A stretch of 64,000 nt of DNA from Lobosporangium transversale (Eukaryota), in assembly GCF_002105155.1 (NCBI RefSeq), contig NW_019028993.1, positions 496,001-560,000 on the forward strand. The letters run 5' to 3'. The translations under genes and the position numbers were made by a program. The notes beneath the pieces are model-generated. The model was not told the origin of the DNA, ran no database searches, and worked only from the letters and a program-made list of their open reading frames with translations. Shown here piece by piece: positions 55,215 through 64,000 of this stretch (the stretch's first letter is position 1; every line of letters starts with the position of its first letter).

Positions 55215-55714
55215 AAAAAATAGAAAAAAGGAAAGGAGTAGGTGAGCCTACGTAGCTAATGTGCTATCTTTTTCTAACTCTGCATGTGCGCGGCACTTAC
55301 GCGCTCCACCGTACTTTTGATAAAGATCATGGGATCCTTAGTGCATGCTATGGTTATTTCATGAAAATTTTAGAGTCAAAGCTGAGTATTCGTATAACGA
55401 AAAAATAAAAAAAATAAAAAATAAAAAATAAAAGATAAAAAATAAAAAATAAAAATTGAGAAGTAGCAATTAGGACGCATGTAGGCTTCTCTGCTCTGCT
55501 TACAGATCAGAAAATGTCTTGACTTAATAATGGGATAGAAGTTCAGACTAATGTCATTGGGTTTTTCATTCGCTGGAATGAGACCGTTGTGACCCACAGT
55601 GTTGTCACCAGGGTATAATGGGAAATAAAGCTCCTTAGGTTGACCCGATAAATTGATGGCCACTTTTAGCTCAGCAAGAGGCCAATCTTTCGGAGATTGT
55701 TGAACCTCCGACAT
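51427..55714 (-). CDS. MDC1/Mdb1-like DNA-damage mediator (probable N-terminal FHA, TQ cluster, tandem BRCT, basic tail), ~1097 aa; exons 55714-55504, 55347-55301, 55146-55054, 54928-54851, 54706-53153, 53031-52839, 52734-52502, 52414-52254, 52150-51427
   Basis: BRCT1 KVMIS..IESLGG..ATILV..RTSKFMCAIVRGIPIVTMNWLEDS; linker DSGMEEKFGFNLAES; BRCT2 FYIV..MIEVCGGKVL..EFILSAILHQKLDF. FHA-like FPLYPGDNTVG..IKSRHFLI is the weaker call. All nine exons join in frame at GT-AG sites. Confidence 0.78.
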
Positions 55715-56429
55715 GGTATATGTGAACTGCGCGGGAGGAGGGAAATGAGTGTTTGTTAATGGACGAAAGAAATAGTGGCAAAAGAAAAGGGAAATGAAAG
55801 TGAAATGTGGAAGTGAATCCTCAGGGCTCGTATTAGAAGAGCTTTAAAAATTTCCAATGCCTCTGATACCCTTAAGCAGGATGTGCAGAGTTACGCCACC
55901 AATTTTTCTTTTTCTTTCCGAGCTAGTGACTAATTGGGTTATGGTTAGTGATTCCTGACAAAAGAGGCTGATAGGAGTCAAAGATGGGGTAAAGATAGTG
56001 TAGGTGTCTATTGAAGAAGACGTAGATGAAGAGCTTATTCTAGTGCGGGTGGCGTCTCTATTTGTACATAAATATGGTTATGTTAGCATGTCGTGATATC
56101 CAAGGACATGGGCTAGGCACTGGCACCTAAGCGATAGTTTTGAGTGGAAGTAGAAGTTAGACACAGTGTATCACGTATTTGATTTTTTATTATGCACTCA
56201 CGAGCGGAAATCAATTCTAGGATCGAGGATGTTGTTTATTATAGGGGATAGCTATGCTCATCCTGTTTGCTTTCTCAATCCGGTTCGTTTGGAGCATGCA
56301 ACAAGACACTGAAGTTTAGGGAGCAAAATATCTTTACAAATTTTATGGTCACTGTAGTAACATGGATTTATAGCACACACCGTCATCAGTCATGGGCAAA
56401 AAAAAAAAAAAAAAAAAAAAAAATAGCCC

Positions 56430-56718
56430 TGGTTAAAAACACTACGGCCACATGCCTTCTTCAGCCGTCTGGTCGATCTTGGTCGTCCTGGCTCTTAATA
56501 TCCAGACAAACTCAATGGTCCGCTGCAACATTGAGAGATTTGTGATAAATCTTCAAGTGGTTGCGGTTGGTGCATTCCAGTAAAGCCTTCCAGAACTCTG
56601 GCGAAGCTCCTATTCCGGACAAGTGAAAGCTGGTGAAGATGGAGCTCTGGGCCTTGTTCTGGTTGATAAGGTCATGTGCGCCAATATATGATCTTAATTT
56701 TCGCGTTTTAAAATACAT
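56430..56718 (-). pseudogene. Probable relic of an F-box/LRR (RNI-like)-type gene
   Basis: Coding-like island reading AHDLINQN..TSFHLSGI..SPEFWKALLECTN..LKI, then in-frame TGA stops, with no complete gene around it. The family call is a recalled resemblance to expanded Mortierellaceae LRR proteins and is unverified. Confidence 0.35.
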
Positions 56719-57452
56719 CTTTTGTGGAGACCAATTTCATTCATTTTTACGGCCAATTTCATTGTTTTCGACCGTAAAAACCACTGTATGTACATGTATA
56801 CAACTGTCTCTCTAAAACAGATAGTTTACCATAATTTCGAACTAATAACCCCCACTGCTGTGCTTGCGTGTGGAATATATTTCTATATTGGACTGAATAC
56901 TTTGATTCTCTAATTTTGATAAAATACTTGTTATACGTAGACCTGACTGTACTTGCTTGTCAATGCGATTATTCAGTACGACTTGTCCTGGATAGGCACC
57001 TGTTGAATTGGACCTTCAGAGCCTAGAACGTATGCCTTGATGAGCAAAAGAACGGTATTGCTCGAGCATATGAAAACTATGATCCTTTCACTTACAAATC
57101 TGTGAAGGGAGAGTCGATCTCCCCAACCATTGTTTACTCGAGCGCTTCGCAACGCTAACGCGACAACCCCCTTGCAGTCCTCACTGCTGCCGTAATGGAT
57201 TTAAACTTTTCGGGCCGCATTTGAGATGCAATATGCATAAGTCACTTCCTACCGGTATTTTTAGTGGATTCCAGGAAGCTGGTGCGGTTGGTATGGTGGG
57301 AACTTCCAGTGACAAATATCTATGAATGCCAACAACACCATATCCTAGCAATCTGACCCTGCAATCAATCGTTGTTTTTTTTTTTTTTTTTTTTTTTTCT
57401 TTTCAAATCATTTTTTAGACTAGTATGGAGACTGACTCGGTAAAACACCTCT

Positions 57453-57488
<36 letters not shown>

Positions 57489-58549
57489 CGAAGGAGGTAG
57501 AAAACAATGGAGGTAGACACGTGGTTGTTTGTTTATCCTTACTCTGGGTAGGAGAAGATGAAAGCTGGGAAATGCGCAGAGCGGAGGCTATTTAAAGATG
57601 AATGTAGTGCATCGTGGTGATATGGCTTGATACATGGACCATGCTGATTTTTTTTACTGATTGATTTTTACTGATTGATTTTTACTGCTGGTTGATTTTT
57701 GCTGAATTTTTTTTATTAATATCCTTAGTATACAAATCGAGCAAGTTGGAATACCAGCATTGCTTCTACGCACTATAATAGCCAGTTGTTTCCTTCTCGT
57801 AGGAAGCTCAAAGAACTGGATCTGGCCTGCCCATGAGTCGATGAAAGCCAAATGGGCATATTTGCCCGTTTTACGATCTAGGAGATAGAAGGGCGTTTGT
57901 GTCTTTTTTTTTTTTTTTTTTTAGAATCAGATTCAGATTTGGCTTGGATGCTTTAAATGAGCATGGACCATATTTCTTTGCTCATTTACATGAATTTTCC
58001 AATCTGTTGCCACGATGGATTTGCAATAACCCCTTCCCCTTCCCCTTCCCGCTCTCCCTTCCCCTTATTTTGGTCATCGAAATTCTTACTGCTTAATTGG
58101 CCATAAACAAGATATAAAAAAAAGAAAGAGCCGAAGTCTTGGGAGTTGTTGACGAGCACCGTAACAAGTAACGCCCACAATCCTCTTTCTCGCTCTCAAT
58201 CTCTCTCAAGAGCTGGATATACTTTTTCCATTCCGAATATTGACTCTACAGAAGCGGCATTGATTAATTGGTTGCAGTCGCTTTGCATAAAAAAAATAAA
58301 ATAAAATAAAATAAAAAGAAGCACTGCATAAATCCTCACCAACATTCCTGTCATATAAATCGATCATCTGCCCTCCTTTTTTCTTCACTTTCCCCCAAAC
58401 TATAACTTAACCATCAGCTTGCAAAAAAAAAAAAAAAAAAAAACGCCTTTCTGCCCTGTCTCTTCTTTTTCGTCCTGTCATTCATCACCCTTTAACCCTT
58501 TCGGTTCAATAAAACTATTCTTCTCTCCCCCTGTCCCTAGTCTCGCATC

Positions 58550-59026
58550 ATGACTTCTATTATTTCCTTGCTTGTACTTCTGTTAGCTATTTCTACTCTC
58601 ATCGTTCATCATCACATCGATGCAGCCCCTGTGCCTGTGTCCAGACCGTTGATTATACCCGCGTCTTCTGTTTCCATGCACAAGCGAGGCACACCGGCCT
58701 CTGATCGTCACTCACCCCCTTCTGACGTCTGTAATCGGTCTGGTGAAGAATCCAATCCGATCTGTAACGAGGACAACTATCAGCAGCCTGGCAGCGGTAG
58801 CAACGGGAATGGCTCCTCTGGGTCCTACCAACCGAATAATCCCAACAGAGGATCCAGTGGTAGCTATAACAATCCCAACAGAGGGTCCAACGGTAGCTCT
58901 AGTAACTCCAACGGAGGATCCAATGGCAACCATAACGGTTATGATGGATCGAATGGCAACTATAACAACAATGGAGGACAAGATCAACGCCAACGTCAGG
59001 AAGAAAGACGTGACTTGACCCAATAG
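58550..59026 (+). CDS. Small secreted protein, 158 aa, with Kex2-type site and G/S/N-rich repeats
   Basis: Hydrophobic signal MTSIISLLVLLLAISTLIV followed by AAPVP, dibasic HKR, two Cys, repeated NPNRGS.GS; intronless. Confidence 0.8.
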   Translation: MTSIISLLVLLLAISTLIVHHHIDAAPVPVSRPLIIPASSVSMHKRGTPASDRHSPPSDVCNRSGEESNPICNEDNYQQPGSGSNGNGSSGSYQPNNPNRGSSGSYNNPNRGSNGSSSNSNGGSNGNHNGYDGSNGNYNNNGGQDQRQRQEERRDLTQ

Positions 59027-59131
59027 GTCTCTTCTACTTTTGGCAAAGTTTCACCCTTTTCTTCATAATTATTAGAGTAATATCAAATAGAAAGAAATTA
59101 TAGAACCTAATATAAAAATATATTTTACATT

Positions 59132-60541
59132 TTATTCGCGTGCTGTCTGGAAGAGAACCTTGTCCATCAATTGTACAAAGGGTGTGAGTAAGGTATCAAT
59201 GGTTGGTACTTTAGGAATCTTTAAACCCATCTCTCCTTCAACATCATCATCTTCAATATTATCATCCTGGCCATGATGAGGGTGATGATAGTGATTATCC
59301 CAATTGATCATCTGGAACTCATCAACGTCCTCCTGTTGCATTCCCATACCCGTCAATTCCTTCGTAATCCGTTCTCGCTCTCTTTCTGCTGCATCGTTGT
59401 ATCCCTCATCCATGGATAGACGCGGGGTTGCTGTAGCAGAACTATTGCCGCTACTACTTGTGTAGCCACCACCTCTTTGACTTTGACTAGCGCGGTCAAG
59501 CCCTGCCATACGACGAACTTGTTCACGTTTTCGATCCTTGACCTCAGTGAAATACGCTGTCAACTCCTGCGCCTCCTTTTGAACTTGATCCCATTGGGCT
59601 GCACTCACGTTCTCCTTCACAAATGCATCCAAATTAATACCAACGTGGAGCTCCTCTCCGGTCTTGTAGTCAATACGAACATGTCCATATCCAGTCCGCA
59701 TGAATGTGATGACACTTTCGATCCACCCAAGCAAATCATGGAAAATCCCGTCGTCTTGCTTGTGAACCGCATGGACAAATTTATAAAAGGTTGGCAGGTG
59801 CTTACGGACGAGGTTTAGGTAGAGTGTCGCTGCGGTCGGCCCTGCGGCGCTTCCACTTTTCTGGTTATCTATAGTATCGAGATAAAATGTTTAGCATTTG
59901 GAAATGTTGTAATGTGTAAAAAGAATCATTGCCAATTTCTTTTGCTTTCAACATACTATTATCATTGAGCTCAGCCTGTTCAACAGTCTTGATAAGCTCA
60001 TCTGCAAAATTCTTGACATCCATCAAACTATCGGCCACATTAGCTGCCTTGTAGACCTTGACTAAAGGTTCGTAAAAGATTGCAATGGCCTCCTTCAATA
60101 TTTCACCCGTCACTCCTTGGAAAACCAAACTCATGAGCCGCTCTTTGTCACGAATACGAAGGTGCGCCACTAAAAGTTGTTGCAGCTGCTGGACAAGATT
60201 CTGTTCAGGTTCCTCAACCCCTTTTCCTTGATTGGCGTTTGAGCCTACGTTTCTACTGCTGTTTTGCATCATTTCCTCCATGCTACTCCTTGAAGAGCCA
60301 CTACTGTGAGAGTCACTTTCGCTGGCATAGTCGCTTGTCCGATCATTTTCAAATTTACTCTGATGCCGCTCTCGTTTCAAACGCTCTTTTTCAAGTCGGT
60401 CATGCTCTAGCTTTTGCTGCGCATCCCAGACACGTTTGATCTGCATGGGCTCGAGTACAGGCTGGATCTGGTCTGACCGAAGCACGTCCATGACCAAACT
60501 TAACTCCGTGATGTCGTATGGCTCTATATAGCACAGGGGGG

Positions 60542-60591
<50 letters not shown>

Positions 60592-61528
60592 GAAAAGAAA
60601 AGAAAAGAAAAGAAAAAGGAAAAGAATAATAATAAAGTTTAATAAAGCTTTTTTAGAAATGCTTCTTGTAAAATAATATAAAAGCTCTGTGGATGAAAAA
60701 GGCTTACCATCGTCTGGAAATATTTGACTGATGACCGATCGTGGCGCATACACATAGCTTCGGATCTTCTCACAAAGAGCTGGGTCCCCAATAGCTGTCT
60801 CAAGGTCATCAATTTCTTTCTTATACTCTGAAACTTCTTCTTGAATATTACCCGAGATGATGCGCTGCATTAGACTGCGAGTACCAAACGGTTGAGCCAA
60901 GAACAAATCCATGATTCCCTTCATCATCGCCATAGGGTTTGAAACCTTTAAGATCCCCCACATGGTTCTGTAAGGCAATAACATGTGTGTGCGCTTGAGC
61001 TGAGTAAAATTGAGCGTAGCGTCGTCTGAAGATGTAAAGACGTGATACAATGTGGATGCAAAATTCATACAGCCCCATTCAAAGACTGTTTGATAGAGGG
61101 GTGGCAAGTCATTGACATTGTCAAAATGCTTGAAAGCACTAAACAGCCGTGAAACTCCACCGGGTTGCAAGAGATCCAGCTTGATCTCCTTCAGCTGTGC
61201 ATCCAGTTCATCCACTTTCTTTGCCACTTCACGATCAAATTTGGATTGTTGAGCCATGCGATGCTCGTCCAACGCTACTCGAGTCTGAATATCCTTGGCT
61301 TCTTCTTCTGTCAAATCAATTGCATCTTGTGTCAAAAAATCGACAAAGGTCTTTGAATCCGCAATCTCTTGGCTTACTTTGGCCAGATTACGAAGATAGC
61401 CTCGAAGACTAATCCTATCCTTTTCCCGTGTCATTTCCATTCTTGATACTCTTGATTTGGCTTCATACTTTGCTGGCGGCACTGGAAGCTCTTCATGTGG
61501 GAAATCGTGCCTCAACTATAAGACCGGG

Positions 61529-61559
<31 letters not shown>

Positions 61560-61995
61560 GACAAAGAACAGGTGGTGAATGATACATTGTTAGATATTAA
61601 TGTCACGGCTGGAGAAACAATTATGGTCAGAGTGTTCGAATGAAACTTACAGTACGATATAGTCTCCTGAAGCGCCCGTAGCGCCTAGCCACGACAGCCT
61701 CCTTTCCATCTGCGAACGTGGTTGAGATAATGAATTCCTATGTAACAAGTTGAAACAAAAACAAAACAAAAAAAATTAATGGCCTATCCTAATGTTACAA
61801 CTAGTGATCCTTATCATAATATATTTTATAATATAATTGAAATATATGGTAAGGAACACTGGCGACATCCCACATGAAAGGAGAATAAAATAAGACCAAG
61901 CAATCATGCCAGGTGGATGCACGAAGAGAATAAAAAAATGTCTTAAAAATAAAACAAGAGAGCATGTTGATTTAAGGTCCACTGGATACTCCCAA

Positions 61996-62027
<32 letters not shown>

Positions 62028-62062
62028 GGCTTTTGTCTCGGCGTTTTATAATGACAGACACA

Positions 62063-62106
<44 letters not shown>

Positions 62107-62972
62107 CTTACGACATGCTCATGCTCACGGACACGCCTCTTTTCTTTTACAAGCCGCACTCCAATAACGTTGATCCGAACACCATGGATCATGGTGCTAA
62201 ATGCAGAAGGGGAGGGAGATCGTGATTGAGACTGAGATTGGGATCGTAAAGAGTCCAATGATCCATCCTGAAGATCACGTTGATGTTTATTGTCCCGGTT
62301 ACTATTACAGGAATCGAAAGCAAAATCTGAGATGTTTTGCTGCTGCTGTTGTTGTTCCTCTTGCTTTTTTCGCTTGGCGGTCTCCATCCGCTCTTGGCGT
62401 TCTAGTATGTCCTTTTTCTCCTTGGCACGTTGTTCGATCGTCTTGATGGCCATGCTGTACATGAGTACTAAGGTGCGTTCACCTTTGTTCTTGAGTCGTT
62501 TCCGACGAATCATCTCCTCACGTTCAACTCCATTACCGGCTTCGATCTTGGCCCACTCTTCCATAAAGCGTTGTATTTTTGGCCAAAGAGTAGTACCTTT
62601 ACTGCTACTACTGCTGCTAAGGAAAGGAAATGGCACGACTATGGACTCAAAGAGGTAACGAAGGAATGGGGTTGTAGAGGTAGCATAATGTTCATCTTTG
62701 AGATCAAAGGGACCTCCAAGGTCTGGTAATGTTTCATATGGTTTCTTTTGAAGACGATTGATTTCGTTATTGATAAGTACGCCAAGGAGATATTTTTTAA
62801 GGTAGTGCTCCTGAAGACTTGACAGGAGTGCCTGATTCTGTGATGATGTGTCTGAATAGGTAAGAGGGAAGCAAGACGTAGAATGAGGTACATGTTAGGA
62901 TACATGTTATGCTAGTGAGGTGTTGTGTCTCCGTCTGCAAGAGGGATAGAGAACTTTGCATTTACCGCTCAT
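59132..62972 (-). CDS. PX-domain protein of the yeast YPR097W (Lec1)-like family, ~981 aa; exons 62972-62966, 62851-62112, 61737-61651, 61515-60708, 60523-59957, 59868-59132
   Basis: QEHYLKKYLL..LGGPF..PFLRYLF..PFPFL (PX-associated N-terminus); PX core EFIIST..VVARRYGRFRRLY..LRHDFP..PPAK..REKDRISLRGYLR; C-terminal HMLLPY..SNPMAMMKGIMDLFLAQPFGTRSLMQR and FYEPLVKVYKAAN. Exons join in phase. Confidence 0.87.
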
Positions 62973-63093
62973 ATTCTCTGATTTTTGTTTTTGAATGGCT
63001 AATTGTAATTATCGTATATGGGAAAACAAATTAAAATAAAAATAAAAAGAAGTTATATGAGAGTGAATAAAAGAAAAAGAAAAGAAAAAGAAA

Positions 63094-63127
<34 letters not shown>

Positions 63128-64000
63128 TGGAATGAAGAAATGAATGTGAAGAATTGTGAAGAATTGTGAAGAAATAACTTAAACAAGGATTCATCGTTTA
63201 ACAACGATCCTTTATTTAGATGTCCATTTAATTGTTCGGACTTTTGGGTTTTCTTTATTTGGTGATCAGATTGTGATTTCATTTTTGGTTGAATGATTTC
63301 ATCAAGCCCATCCCAGGCTTTACTGCCAAATTCCATTCGATATCCGCTTACTATCCTCCTACACGCGCACATTTCACATGTGTGACTATTATAGATCTGA
63401 GGATTACGATGATGCTGCCTTGGAAAAAGTATAAAATAAAAACGCAATTGTCTGTCCATTTATTTTTCCTTTCTTTTTTCCAGTCTATGGTGAAACATTC
63501 CTTATTTCGAAAGAACCATCAGTTACATCACCACACGCTGTGCTAAGCTGTCTATGAAACAACCCAAAATGGACGAGTCGCGTCGAGGTGGACATTTCAA
63601 TCCTAAATAATTTACCCATGTGGGATAATGACAGATATGGTTTTTTTTGTTTTTTTTCCCCCCTTGAATGAAATCCTTGCATATAAACACCTGCCCTGGT
63701 CTCAAAAACCAGCAAATGCTTCTTCAGCCCTTGATCCAAGAGTGGATTGGCTTAGGACTAAGAAGAGAGTCTCTTTTCAAATGCGTAGTACGTCTGTAAG
63801 AAACGCCTGGGACTGGCCTCTCTCTCCATTTCTTTTAGAGAAAGTTGGCTGTTAAGACCTATGAGAAAAGGGGAAGACTTTTGTATCCCTCAAAAACTTA
63901 TTCGCATCGACCATCAAAACTAAAAAGATGGACCATACTCAGCATCTATTTGCCAGCATTACCTTTACCCATGTCCGATTACACTCCCTCAAACCACAAG

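Overview
Intron-rich fungal genomic DNA with many long poly(A)/poly(T) tracts. Gene content and style suggest an early-diverging fungus, probably Mortierellaceae; this is an inference, not a database result. Joining exons at GT..AG sites gives 15 protein-coding gene models (all splice coordinates are my predictions) and one probable gene relic. The left half holds two paralogous split-finger C2H2 transcription factors, two divergently oriented paralogous 7-TM GPCR-like receptors flanking a PhyH/PHYHD1 dioxygenase, a kinase-ankyrin protein with degenerate catalytic residues (pseudokinase), and a small orphan. The right half holds a DNAJB6-like J-protein with apparent SUMO-interacting motifs, DBP3, an HSPA12-like Hsp70 with a Q/Y-rich N-terminus, an atypical cyclophilin, an ALKBH7-like dioxygenase, an MDC1/Mdb1-like BRCT protein, a small secreted protein and a PX-domain protein. 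I recognised no tRNA, rRNA, CRISPR array or intact transposon. The most notable items are the receptor pair, the TF pair, the pseudokinase and their clustering, and the SIM-bearing J-protein.
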